From positions 64,001 through 128,000 of the IMG/VR virus record IMGVR_UViG_3300005732_000005: a stretch of DNA of 64,000 nt; one strand, 5' to 3'. The stretch comes from a virus. Of the stretch, positions 39,056 through 48,792 are shown piece after piece (within the stretch, counting starts at the first letter, position 1; each line of letters starts with the position of its first letter). The position numbers and the translations under genes were made by a program. The notes beneath the pieces were generated by a model. That model had not been told where the DNA came from and searched no databases. It saw only the letters and a program-made list of their open reading frames with translations.

Positions 39056-39715
39056 ATGCCCTTTTCAACACAAGACGCTCCTGATTTAAAGATTATTCTG
39101 GAAAAAGAATTAGATATCTTTAAAGAAAGGGTTAACGTCTCAATTCCTGCTGTTATCCAAGAATTCGACCCAGAAGAACAAGTTGCAAGAGTTAAACCTA
39201 CTATTTACGAAATGTATAAAGATGGTGTAACTAAATCTATGCCAGATATATTTTACGTTCCAGTCATATTTCCTTCTAGTGGAGGTGGTAGTTTAACTTT
39301 TCCAGTAAAGAAAGGTGATGAAGTTATGCTGGTATTCTCCCAAAGAGCTTTTGATCAGTGGTGGGTGAGTAGTAAAGTTCCTTCTAAGCCGACTGTACAA
39401 CGGTATCACGACTATAATGATGCGGTGGCTATCATTGGGTTAAAGAGTAGACAAAACAGCCTCAAAGCAAGCACAGAGAACGTAGAGCTAAGGTTTGATG
39501 ATGATCAAGGGGAGATGATTAATAAAATCACAATGACCCCAGAAGGTAAGTTCAAAATAGAGAATAAAGAAGAAGAGTTGTTACAGGTGATGGAAGATTT
39601 TATCACTGCTGCAATCAATATGACAACAAGTACTCTTCCAAACCCTCTACAACCTCCTAACAATAAAGCTGAATTTGAAGCACTATTACCAAGAATAAAG
39701 AAATTGAAGGGGTAG
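39056..39715 (+). CDS. Baseplate central spike (Gp138-N type)
   Basis: VPVIFPSSGG...TFPVKKGDEVMLVFSQR...RYHDYNDA. Confidence 0.85.
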   Translation: MPFSTQDAPDLKIILEKELDIFKERVNVSIPAVIQEFDPEEQVARVKPTIYEMYKDGVTKSMPDIFYVPVIFPSSGGGSLTFPVKKGDEVMLVFSQRAFDQWWVSSKVPSKPTVQRYHDYNDAVAIIGLKSRQNSLKASTENVELRFDDDQGEMINKITMTPEGKFKIENKEEELLQVMEDFITAAINMTTSTLPNPLQPPNNKAEFEALLPRIKKLKG

Positions 39716-39721
39716 AATATT

Positions 39722-39904
39722 ATGCCAATGGTAGATGCAGATGCTGTAGCAAGAATTATGGCAAGAGTAAGAGCAGTAGACTATAACAACACTCCTGTCG
39801 ATAATGAGCAGCACATACAGACACTTGTCGAAGAGATATTAGCTGAAGTTAGAAATGCCACGGTCACCACACCAACAGACGGAGCTTCAGGAACAATATC
39901 ATGA
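39722..39904 (+). CDS. Small baseplate/spike-associated protein
   Basis: Operon packing between spike and sheath initiator. Confidence 0.5.
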   Translation: MPMVDADAVARIMARVRAVDYNNTPVDNEQHIQTLVEEILAEVRNATVTTPTDGASGTIS

Positions 39905-40260
39905 CAGATGTAGTATTAGATGAAAATTTCGGAATAGTTTTTGAAGACAATGATATGAAACTTTTCCAAGAAGATGACCCTCGTTTGGTGGCACAACGTT
40001 TAGAGATAAAATTATCCTCTTACAAAGGTGAGTGGTTCTTAGATAGAAACTATGGTATTCCTTGGATACAAGAGATCTTATCTAGAAGAGGAACTAAAGA
40101 CCTTGCAGATGCTAACATTCGAAGAGTAATATTATCAGATCCTGATGTTAAGTCAATAACAAATTACCGAAGCAGTGTAAGAAATTCTAAGTTAGAGGTA
40201 GTTTTTGACGGAACACTTGTTAACGGATCTAGTTTCACAAGTTTAACATTACAGGTGTAA
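39901..40260 (+). CDS. Sheath initiator (gp25-like)
   Basis: QRL...L...GEWFLD...GIPW. Confidence 0.8.
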   Translation: MTDVVLDENFGIVFEDNDMKLFQEDDPRLVAQRLEIKLSSYKGEWFLDRNYGIPWIQEILSRRGTKDLADANIRRVILSDPDVKSITNYRSSVRNSKLEVVFDGTLVNGSSFTSLTLQV

Positions 40261-40261
40261 G

Positions 40262-41710
40262 ATGGCAGATTTTGGTTTAACAGATAAAGGTTTTGTGGCA
40301 AAACGGTTTGAGGATATCGTTAATGACCGCAAGAGCCAGATACAACAAGAGTTTGGGATAGATTTAGATTCTAATCCAGATAACGCTCTAAAGATTTATA
40401 CACAAATTTTATCACTAGCTTCCTCAGAAAACTGGGCTACAACTGCAGCACTACAATCCGTAATGGATATTGACAATGCGAGTGATGTTTACTTAGATAT
40501 ACTGTGTGCTGCAAAACTTATTTATCGTCAAGGAGCTGAACCTTCAAGAGGAGATGTTCTTGTTGAGATAAATGAGATTTCAGAACTAACACTTCCTGCT
40601 GAAAGTAGCTTCTATAACGTTAACAATAAACAATTCAATACTGAAGAGATATTCACTTTAAGTGTAGCTAATCCGCAAACAGTAAGTATTACTCCAGAAG
40701 CAACTTATACAGGAGATATTAATTTCTCAGTAGCAGGTGCAAGTTTTAGTAAGAATGTTACCGCAGAAGGTGGAATTTTACAAGCATTACAAGCCTTGAG
40801 AGATGACCTTTTAGCAGTAGATTACTTTGCAGAAGTAGTGGATGCCTCCACATTAAAGATTCGAAAGATTGAGGATGTAGGTGCTACAAGCTCAGACTTC
40901 TCTTATGCAAGTGTTTCTGGTACAGGTGATGTTCTTATCGGAAGATATGTTACGGTAGCTTACACAGAGTCTGGAGACTTCACATTCCCTGAGGACACAC
41001 TTACCGTTGCCCCTAGTTTCTCGGTCATACAAAGTTTCTATAACAAAGAGATTACTGGTGGTAGGTATCGTGAGACAGATGAAGAACTTCGTTACCGTTT
41101 TAAGAATGGTCAGAGTGTTTTAGGTAATGGTACACCTTCTGCAATCAAGTCCAAGCTTTTAGGTATAGATGGAGTAAGTGCAGTAAGTGTTGAAGAAAAC
41201 CATACAATGTTTGAAGACAGTAATGGTCGTCCACCTAAGAGTCAAGAGATTATTGTAAAGGGTGGAGAGGATGTTGAAGTTGCTCAAATGATTCTTGATA
41301 GTGCAGCAGGTGGTATAGAATTATTTGGTAATACAAGTGTTACAATCAGAGATTTGAACGGAGATAACAGGGCTGTAAAATTTAGCCGTATTACCCAACA
41401 ATATATCACTTTACGTATTGTATTTGAAAAGTACGATGAAGAGCAATTCCCTGCAAACGGTGCAGAACTTATTGCACAAGCTTCTCAGGATTATATCAAC
41501 TCTTTGAATGTAGGTAATGATGTAATAGGTGGTAGGATTTCTGCGAACATTTACAATAAAGTGAGTGGTATAGAAGTGGTGGAAGTTCAGATGTTTGTTT
41601 CAGATGATCCTTCTCAAGCAGCTACAAGCTACCAAACAGCCCCTATCAGAATTTCAACTTCTCAAGAAGCAGTTTGTTTAGATGGGAAAATATTAGTCGT
41701 AGAGGTGTAA
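40262..41710 (+). CDS. Baseplate wedge protein J-like
   Basis: FGLTDKGF; GRYRETDEELRYR; GIDGV...EN. Confidence 0.9.
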   Translation: MADFGLTDKGFVAKRFEDIVNDRKSQIQQEFGIDLDSNPDNALKIYTQILSLASSENWATTAALQSVMDIDNASDVYLDILCAAKLIYRQGAEPSRGDVLVEINEISELTLPAESSFYNVNNKQFNTEEIFTLSVANPQTVSITPEATYTGDINFSVAGASFSKNVTAEGGILQALQALRDDLLAVDYFAEVVDASTLKIRKIEDVGATSSDFSYASVSGTGDVLIGRYVTVAYTESGDFTFPEDTLTVAPSFSVIQSFYNKEITGGRYRETDEELRYRFKNGQSVLGNGTPSAIKSKLLGIDGVSAVSVEENHTMFEDSNGRPPKSQEIIVKGGEDVEVAQMILDSAAGGIELFGNTSVTIRDLNGDNRAVKFSRITQQYITLRIVFEKYDEEQFPANGAELIAQASQDYINSLNVGNDVIGGRISANIYNKVSGIEVVEVQMFVSDDPSQAATSYQTAPIRISTSQEAVCLDGKILVVEV

Positions 41711-41711
41711 T

Positions 41712-42512
41712 ATGTCAGACGTTAAAAACATTGACTTTAATACCTTTCCAGATGAATTACTTCCTACCAGATTCTTATCAGATGATAGTCACACCCGTTT
41801 CTTAAAGGTATTCCTTGAAGAAGAGCAATTGTTCCAAGATGAACTGAGAAAGTTTATCGAACAAGGGATGGACGTTGACAAGGCTACTGGTAGACAGTTA
41901 GATATTGTTGCAAAGTTATCTAATATTATCAGAGACACTGATGAGGCAGATGAAGATTTAAGAAGCAGAGTTAAGCTTCGAAGGTTTATTGATAATTCCT
42001 CAGGAACGATTAATGAACTTTTAAGATTTCTAAATGAGATTACAGGTAATACAGAGAGTAAACTCTTTGAATACTATCCTGCTTCTATAATGGCACAGAC
42101 CACTTCTGAAGATTACCCTGCAGACCTAGCAAATAGTTTTGATAAATTATGTGCCTCGGGTGTGAATGGTCATACAGTTTTACACCTTCGAGGTGGTAAT
42201 GGTTTAATTTTCGAAGATAGTGCTGCTACCCACACTCTTGTTGCAACAGGAAGTGGTGAAGTTGGTATGGGGGCAGGAGAGGATACAGCACTCTCAGCAG
42301 GGTATGTATTACCAGACGACCCATCTACCGTAAAAGAGTCCAGTAAGTTGGTAGATTCTACATTACTATATAGAAGCTCTCTAAGAAACTCTGGTGAAGA
42401 CAGGATGCACTCTGGAGAAAATGAAGCTGATTCAGGCGGACTTATTTTAAATGATCCCCCTATTCTGAAAGGTGTTCTTGGTAATACATACACTAATGAT
42501 AAATATTTGTAG
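41712..42512 (+). CDS. Baseplate wedge protein (DUF2612/gpI-like)
   Basis: ATGRQLDIV...DEDLR...SSGT. Confidence 0.75.
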   Translation: MSDVKNIDFNTFPDELLPTRFLSDDSHTRFLKVFLEEEQLFQDELRKFIEQGMDVDKATGRQLDIVAKLSNIIRDTDEADEDLRSRVKLRRFIDNSSGTINELLRFLNEITGNTESKLFEYYPASIMAQTTSEDYPADLANSFDKLCASGVNGHTVLHLRGGNGLIFEDSAATHTLVATGSGEVGMGAGEDTALSAGYVLPDDPSTVKESSKLVDSTLLYRSSLRNSGEDRMHSGENEADSGGLILNDPPILKGVLGNTYTNDKYL

Positions 42513-42523
42513 GAAATTATATA

Positions 42524-43390
42524 ATGGCGAAGGTTAATAAACAAGCTATTACTTGGTGCTGGGAACTTACATACGATGTAAACGGCAGACCGAGTAGAGA
42601 ATTTATGCCATATGAGATTGCTTTGAAGGGATTAGTTTCTGATGAGCAAGGTATTGGTAGGCAACAATTTAATGAATTATTTTACCAGTTTGGTCAAGCG
42701 ATTGTTACTGTAGAAGAAGGTTATGAAGAGGCAGTTTCTGCTGAGGCAGATGCTCGTTCTCAGGCAGATAATGCTTTACAGCAGAACATTAATCAAGAAG
42801 TAAGCGATCGTCAACAGGCTGATCAGACTATACAAGAGAATCTGGATAGAGAGATTGACTTTTTAAACCAAGATCTTGAACCTCTTACAGGAGCTTTAGC
42901 TCAAGCTATCATGCAACAGCTACACCCTGTAGGGAGTGTGTGGACTACTGCTGGAAATCAAAATCCTGCTACACAATTAGGTTTTGGTACTTGGACTAAG
43001 AGAGGCGGTTTCGTAGTAGGTCAGGAAGATGGTGATGCAGATTTTGGTACTGCAGGTAACACTGGTGGTAGTAAGGATCATACACATACATTCTCAGATG
43101 ACCCTACAACATCAAGTAATGGCGGAGAAAATCTAACTATTCCTAGAGATGGTTGGGGGGTAGATGGCGTTACTCCTGCTCCTGCACAGGCAACTACCTC
43201 AGGAAGGATGATGGTTGGAAGTGGTCTAGTGGATAACACAGAAACCTTGGAATCGTTAAACGGTGCAGGTAATGACCAAACTGTTACCACAACAGACCAC
43301 ACTCATACAGTAAGTGTCTCTGGAACAACAGGTTCATCTTCAAATCTACCTCCTTATCGAGTGTATAATGTCTGGGAAAGGACAGCTTAA
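42524..43390 (+). CDS. Short baseplate fibre with T4 gp10-C-like tip
   Basis: Coiled coil, then LHPVGS...NPATQLGFGTW...NLPPYRVYNVWERTA. Confidence 0.75.
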   Translation: MAKVNKQAITWCWELTYDVNGRPSREFMPYEIALKGLVSDEQGIGRQQFNELFYQFGQAIVTVEEGYEEAVSAEADARSQADNALQQNINQEVSDRQQADQTIQENLDREIDFLNQDLEPLTGALAQAIMQQLHPVGSVWTTAGNQNPATQLGFGTWTKRGGFVVGQEDGDADFGTAGNTGGSKDHTHTFSDDPTTSSNGGENLTIPRDGWGVDGVTPAPAQATTSGRMMVGSGLVDNTETLESLNGAGNDQTVTTTDHTHTVSVSGTTGSSSNLPPYRVYNVWERTA

Positions 43391-43427
43391 GAAAGGAATA
43401 TTTTCTGAGAAGGAATTTTGGACAAAA

Positions 43428-43463
43428 AGAAAGCCCGTCACAATTAAGTGAACGGGCTTTTTG
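43428..43463. terminator. Bidirectional terminator at convergence of late and replication arms
   Basis: AAAGCCCGT...ACGGGCTTTTT. Confidence 0.8.
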
Positions 43464-43494
43464 TTTATGTAAGTTATTGTTTTAAAACAACTTT

Positions 43495-44718
43495 TTAGAA
43501 AGGGATCGTATCATCAAAGTCATCTAAATCTTCTACAGGTAAACTTTCTACAGGTTTACTTGCATTAACTTCCTCTTTAGGAACACTCTCTTTCACAGAA
43601 GTTTCCTTTCGAGCAGGAGGTTGTTCCTGAGATTGTTCACCTCGGATTTCAGAAATAGCTTTAGCAAAAGGAGTAGATGTATAATCAACACCCTTCTCAA
43701 AACTATACTCATTACCTGTCTTCTTAGAAACACCTTCAATCAAGAATGTCTTACTAGATGAAGCACGTTTAAGGAAACCATAACTATCTAGGCTGATGTA
43801 TTTCATCTCATCCTGTGATAAGTGACTTACATCGTCAAGCAGCGCCCCAATGAAAGGCATTAACTCTTTACCGTCAAAAGCTTTCTTAATCTGCTGGTCT
43901 GCTGTGAAAACAGAATCATCTGGCATATCAAGGTCTTGCACTTCAGTAGGTTTTGCACAGCTAAAGAACACACCTACCTTACCTGAACCATCTTCTTCAT
44001 TGTAATCACGATCATCTAAATCAGCTTTAACTGTAAATGAACAAACAGCTTCTGCTAAAGTCGCAATATCGAACTCACTAGAGATTAACTCTTTCTCTCG
44101 ACCTGCTGCTGCACAAATCTTATAAACAAGATTGTTTTCACGAACAGGTTTGTAACTGCCATCAAAAACAATTGTCTTGTAGAAGTCTGTGTGGAAGCCT
44201 GTAGAACCATTCAAACAAACACGTAAAGGTTTTTCACCTAAATGTCGCATACTTTCATTAGGGTTCTTTGAATGATCAATCATAACCTGTGGAAAGTCTA
44301 CCGTCACACCATATTCCTGTTGAGGAAAGCTAGGTGATGTTTGTTTACGAACACGTTCACTTTTCTTAGTCTGATCATTATACTCCATAGTCCAAACGAA
44401 ATCGTGAGTAGGGTTCTTTTCTTTCCAAGCAAGCTCTTCCTGAGAATACTCTTCACCTTCTGCGGGTAAAGCACACTTCGTAGTCCACTCACTATCTTTT
44501 GCAGGAGGGAAGCCTAAGTCTTGGATGTAACTTACCACACCAATTAAACTCTTCTCCTTGCGTTTCTTACCGTTAGCTAATTCTTTCGCTTTAGCATTAA
44601 AACATTCCCACTGATATAAATTCCAAGCATTACGTTCCTCTTGTGACACACCGCCACCTGATTCACCGTTACCTGTATTCATGGGTTGGTCTGCTGCTGC
44701 TTTCTTAGAAAATGCCAT
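43495..44718 (-). CDS. Putative ssDNA-binding protein
   Basis: Acidic tail DLDDFDDTIPF like bacterial SSB C-terminus; replication arm; own sigma70 promoter. Confidence 0.55.
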   Translation of the reverse strand: MAFSKKAAADQPMNTGNGESGGGVSQEERNAWNLYQWECFNAKAKELANGKKRKEKSLIGVVSYIQDLGFPPAKDSEWTTKCALPAEGEEYSQEELAWKEKNPTHDFVWTMEYNDQTKKSERVRKQTSPSFPQQEYGVTVDFPQVMIDHSKNPNESMRHLGEKPLRVCLNGSTGFHTDFYKTIVFDGSYKPVRENNLVYKICAAAGREKELISSEFDIATLAEAVCSFTVKADLDDRDYNEEDGSGKVGVFFSCAKPTEVQDLDMPDDSVFTADQQIKKAFDGKELMPFIGALLDDVSHLSQDEMKYISLDSYGFLKRASSSKTFLIEGVSKKTGNEYSFEKGVDYTSTPFAKAISEIRGEQSQEQPPARKETSVKESVPKEEVNASKPVESLPVEDLDDFDDTIPF

Positions 44719-44914
44719 ATTATACTTCTCCTCTGTTAGTTTTAAGTATATTCATTGTTGTATCTCAAATGTTTGTATATCTAAATTCTGTGATTAAGTC
44801 ACAACTCTGTGTTGGAATATCTCTATCCCGAAAGGTTCTTATTACGAGCTACCTTTTGTCAGAAAATCACGTTTCAAAGGTTGTCTGATTCAACAAAGTG
44901 GTAGCTTATAATGT

Positions 44915-44943
44915 ATGATAACTTTTTAAAGGTTGTGTGTCAA
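44915..44943 (-). promoter_or_regulatory. sigma70 promoter
   Basis: TTGACA-17 bp-TATCAT. Confidence 0.75.
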
Positions 44944-45150
44944 GGGAGATGTTAGATAAATCTAACTTTTCCCTCTAATTAAAAATTTTACCAAAAAGTT
45001 TATTTATTTTCTGCGAGTATCTTACACTAAAGACTTTCAAAAGTAAACCTATTAATGTAAATAATCCTAGTAAGAAAATGCCCGTCATTCCCAGAAAGAA
45101 TACCATTGCCCCGAGAATGAATCCTATTAGTAGTGATAATTTGTTCATAG

Positions 45151-45435
45151 TTAATCTCTCCAACCTAATAATTTAGCTACAATATTTTCGTGCTGGTTAA
45201 ACACACCTTTAGGCCAACAACTTAATTGAGAATTACCTGCAACATAGGTGATCAATTCTTCCTGTGTTTGCTCCAAACAATTAATACCTACGTCCTTCCT
45301 GCCATACAAATAAGGATAGGCAATTTGCTTTAAAGCTTTACGTTCCTCACCTTTAATACTTTCATCTTGGAGTAGTTGGATAAGTTTTAACGTATCTACG
45401 TCACCCTCGCAGATAAATTGTGTTTCTTTAGTCAT
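45151..45435 (-). CDS. Hypothetical protein
   Basis: AGGAG RBS. Confidence 0.55.
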   Translation of the reverse strand: MTKETQFICEGDVDTLKLIQLLQDESIKGEERKALKQIAYPYLYGRKDVGINCLEQTQEELITYVAGNSQLSCWPKGVFNQHENIVAKLLGWRD

Positions 45436-45458
45436 AATCTTCTCCTATAATTTTTAAA

Positions 45459-46238
45459 TTAACTCTTAACAACACCCTTAAACACTTGAGCGATTTCATT
45501 GATATTCATTTTACTCTTTGCTTCGAATAAGTCAAGACTTTCTTGAACAATTTTTGTTGTGCAGACAATATTATCTTTAGAGACAGGTTTTGTCTTATCC
45601 TTCACCCACACAGAACGGTCTGACAAGCTCTCTGGCAAACTATTTCCTGTTAGCTGACACTTCTTACGCAAGAGAGTTCTTTTGTAGTCAGAGAATCGTA
45701 CATCAAGCCTGCCACCACTGTCAACAATTAGTTCTCCCCACTCAGAGAACATCTTAGTAACATTCACTTCTTCTAAACGTTTCTTTCTCTCACGAGCTTC
45801 ATTTGCCAGACGAATATTCTCTTTAGCAATGTTACTCTTGATGTCAAGGTATGGCTTCTGTCGATCAGATAATACTTCTGGAGAGTTGAATAGTTTTGTC
45901 AAGGATTTGACAAGGTTTTCTTCCTCCACAGTGTTTGCGACAAGGGATTCTCCTCTATCGATAATAACGTTCTTGATGTCATTGGCTACCTTTGTCACCC
46001 ATACACAGTTTTCAAGAGAGTAAGGCATCTCTGAGTTGATACGTTCTATCGTAGGGTAGTAATTATGGTTACTGCTTTTATTGAAAACAAACTTCTTGTT
46101 GGTATAAGCACAATTCTCCGTAGAGCGTAATTTGTAAAAGTGTTCAAACTCTTCAAGAGAGAAATTCCATGCAAGGTTACGTTTTGCTGCAAGTTCTTTC
46201 TTGTGGTTGTAATATTCTTTGATAGACATGTTTGACAT
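45459..46238 (-). CDS. Tandem HNH-like/Srd-like domain protein
   Basis: CAYT...PTIERINSEMPYSLENCV...AN, plus a degenerate second copy KKCQLTG...SKDNIV. Confidence 0.55.
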   Translation of the reverse strand: MSNMSIKEYYNHKKELAAKRNLAWNFSLEEFEHFYKLRSTENCAYTNKKFVFNKSSNHNYYPTIERINSEMPYSLENCVWVTKVANDIKNVIIDRGESLVANTVEEENLVKSLTKLFNSPEVLSDRQKPYLDIKSNIAKENIRLANEARERKKRLEEVNVTKMFSEWGELIVDSGGRLDVRFSDYKRTLLRKKCQLTGNSLPESLSDRSVWVKDKTKPVSKDNIVCTTKIVQESLDLFEAKSKMNINEIAQVFKGVVKS

Positions 46239-46367
46239 AAATTATTCTCCAATTGATTAACTGTGATAATGATAACCTTGGTGGTGAGGGGTGTCAACAA
46301 TTATTTGAAATAAATTTTATATAAAAAGCCCACTCTCCGAAGAGAATGAGCTTTTGTTAAGGAGAGA

Positions 46368-46667
46368 TTAATCCTCTAGTTTACGTAGTTCTTTTAAGTG
46401 AGACATACCTTTAGAAAGATCCTTCTCTTTATTCTTACGAATATAGTTGGCAAATTGAAGAAGATCCTTGTTGTTAGAGAGCTCCTTTGCAGAAAACTTT
46501 GTACGGGATTTACTAGTTCCACGACCATTAGTGATCTCTATAGAAATAATATCCTCTGCATTTAGGCTTTCTAGCTGAAGGATAAGTTCTTTAACAACCT
46601 CTACATTTTCTTCAAGAATATGTTCCATCTCATCAGGCATACCTTTGAACATTTTACTTTTTGACAT
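46368..46667 (-). CDS. Hypothetical protein
   Basis: GAGGTG RBS; terminator at ~46324-46355. Confidence 0.55.
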   Translation of the reverse strand: MSKSKMFKGMPDEMEHILEENVEVVKELILQLESLNAEDIISIEITNGRGTSKSRTKFSAKELSNNKDLLQFANYIRKNKEKDLSKGMSHLKELRKLED

Positions 46668-46873
46668 AATACATCACCTCTTAGATAAATGTCTGTAGGA
46701 GAAGTATTTCCCCTACAAAAGTATTATATCACGAAAGAGACTATTCTGGAAAAGGGTGTTCCTCTGAGTAAGGGTATTTGTTGTAGAGAGTGATTTCTGT
46801 GGTCATGTTATTTCTCCTAAATATTTAATCTGTTAATTATATTACTGTGTGAAAGTTAAGTTGTCAAGGGAAT

Positions 46874-47104
46874 TTAATTAAATTGCAACTTAATAAACTC
46901 TCCTCGAAGATTGCACACATTCTGCTTATTACTTCTATAAGCAAGGTAACTTTCCCAAGATAATCCATGACTTCTATGAGCAGGAACTCTGTAAACATTA
47001 ATCAACTCCACACCAAGATCATTCTTCCAAAGATATAACCCTTCTGAGTTAATATGATTACCTGTGAAAAGGGATTTATCTATTTTAAGGGTTGGTACTT
47101 TCAT
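46874..47104 (-). CDS. Hypothetical protein
   Basis: GGAG RBS; TTGACA at 47167-47172. Confidence 0.55.
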   Translation of the reverse strand: MKVPTLKIDKSLFTGNHINSEGLYLWKNDLGVELINVYRVPAHRSHGLSWESYLAYRSNKQNVCNLRGEFIKLQFN

Positions 47105-47239
47105 AATATTATTTTCTCCAAAAGGTTTGTTTCGTTGAGAGGTATATTAGGGGAAAAGGAGGTGGATGTCAAGGGGGAATTTTGGGAAAAGTTTTTGTTG
47201 GGGAGGTGGGTGGACACGCTAGGTGTCCGATGTGGGAGG

Positions 47240-48307
47240 TCACACAATAGATGTGTATCGTTCTTGACGAACCAGAGGGTAGATGTTGCCATCAAAGAGT
47301 TTATAGCATTTTTGAGGAGGAAGATCCTCCTTGACAACCTTCATCGTTGTCTGGTGAGGCTTATTCTGAAACTTGTACCATAAGCACTCATTGGTCTTCC
47401 CAGTTTTATTGGTGTAGAAACCCTTACTTCCCGTAGAAACATTATAACCTGAAAGAATTCCAGCAAGATGAACACCTTCAGATATATTTGTCCAGTTCTG
47501 AGTGATAACTTTTATACCATTTTTACTAAGGTGTCCATCTGCTTTTTGAAAAGCATCCATAAAGGCTTCGACATTACTGGTCGGTTGATCAATAATAAAC
47601 CCAACAAGGTCTATTTTATATTTACAAAGTCTTTCAAACCCTAATTTTTCCCAGTAATCCCTGAACCATTGAGACTCTATGTAGTAGTTTCTGCATACGT
47701 TTGGTGACCGTTTTCTCTTGTGTGAGAAAGATAAGCAGCCTAACCTATTCATTAAGTTTTCTATCTCCTTGCCATACTTGTTATCATTCTGAGTTACTGT
47801 TGCAATGACACCTTTCCTTTTACCAAAAGATGCTGATGTCCTCTCAGATTTCTTGCTCCAACTTATATATCCGTCAGATAATAACCACCCTAGTAATCTA
47901 CACTCGTCTTCTGTTATATTAGTTTCACTGTTGTTCCGAAATGTAGCGCTGTTTCTGATATGGAATTCGCAAGATAAATTGTCCACATTCCTATGATCCA
48001 AAATATGTTTTCTGGAATTATCTGATAGAGTCATTCTCCTATATCCAAAAACTTTGTTGTCCTTTGAATACTTAAATTTCCAAAAACTATGTGATAACTC
48101 TACAACGCCCTTAAAACCTTCATGGATATTCTCAATAGTGTACCAAGAGTATTTGAATTCTTGGTCGGAACAAAGGATCTCTGTACCATTATAAATGTTC
48201 CAGACGGGTTTCCAACCTTGTTTAGTTAAGACATAACTGTCATCCGTAATCCAAGAATCAGATTCCATGTCACTTCTTTCATGTAAAATAATGTTGCTCA
48301 AACTCAA
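47240..48307 (-). CDS. Free-standing intein-derived LAGLIDADG homing endonuclease (splicing residues lost)
   Basis: TTG start after AAGGAG; Hint-like WITDDSYVLTKQGWK; LLGWLLSDG and AFMDAFQKADG; block F/G-like C-terminus ...LVRQERYTSIV* without terminal Asn. Confidence 0.75.
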   Translation of the reverse strand: MSLSNIILHERSDMESDSWITDDSYVLTKQGWKPVWNIYNGTEILCSDQEFKYSWYTIENIHEGFKGVVELSHSFWKFKYSKDNKVFGYRRMTLSDNSRKHILDHRNVDNLSCEFHIRNSATFRNNSETNITEDECRLLGWLLSDGYISWSKKSERTSASFGKRKGVIATVTQNDNKYGKEIENLMNRLGCLSFSHKRKRSPNVCRNYYIESQWFRDYWEKLGFERLCKYKIDLVGFIIDQPTSNVEAFMDAFQKADGHLSKNGIKVITQNWTNISEGVHLAGILSGYNVSTGSKGFYTNKTGKTNECLWYKFQNKPHQTTMKVVKEDLPPQKCYKLFDGNIYPLVRQERYTSIV

Positions 48308-48333
48308 TATTTTCTCCTTATTTATTAATAAAC

Positions 48334-48358
48334 AAAAATACCACCCCGAAGGGTGGTT
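48334..48358 (-). terminator. Terminator after DNA polymerase
   Basis: ACCACCC-TTCG-GGGTGGT followed by ATTTTTG. Confidence 0.75.
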
Positions 48359-48366
48359 AGTTAAAA

Positions 48367-48792
48367 TTAGTGTGCTCCAGCCCACCCTTCTGTGTGATGA
48401 GCTACCAAGTATTCCCCTGTAATGTGTACAGGACAGTTTAATTCCTTGTAGGCATCCTCTATACACCTTACCATTAACTCACCTGCTCTGGAGTAGCACC
48501 TTCCTATACTTCCGTCCTCAAGAACTTTAGTATTACCTGAAAGTATAAATTTTCCACCCTCAAGATTATCAGCCTGATCTTTTGCCTCTATGATACACTT
48601 GAGTTGCTCCATTGTCATGTTGTATTCTTTTAGCATTTCTTTAGCTGTCTTATAGGGCTTCCCTTTTGATTTAGCTTTCTTAGATTTAGCTACATCTGCA
48701 AGTAATCTTTTTACAAGGTCTTGATCTGAAAAACCTGTTTCAAATCTCTTCCATCGGACAAGTTTGTCTGGAACTTGTAGCTGGTATTCATC
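48367..48792 (-). CDS. DNA polymerase family A, exon 3
   Basis: Begins DEYQLQVP, completing motif C H|DE; ends GWAGAH. Confidence 0.9.
   Translation of the reverse strand, partial: DEYQLQVPDKLVRWKRFETGFSDQDLVKRLLADVAKSKKAKSKGKPYKTAKEMLKEYNMTMEQLKCIIEAKDQADNLEGGKFILSGNTKVLEDGSIGRCYSRAGELMVRCIEDAYKELNCPVHITGEYLVAHHTEGWAGAH

Noticed and set aside
48308-48466. N-terminal extension of the 408-aa ORF, or an in-frame intein in the polymerase
   Set aside because: The extension overlaps the pol 3' end in another frame and crosses a terminator; RBS supports TTG at 48307; pol has its own stop
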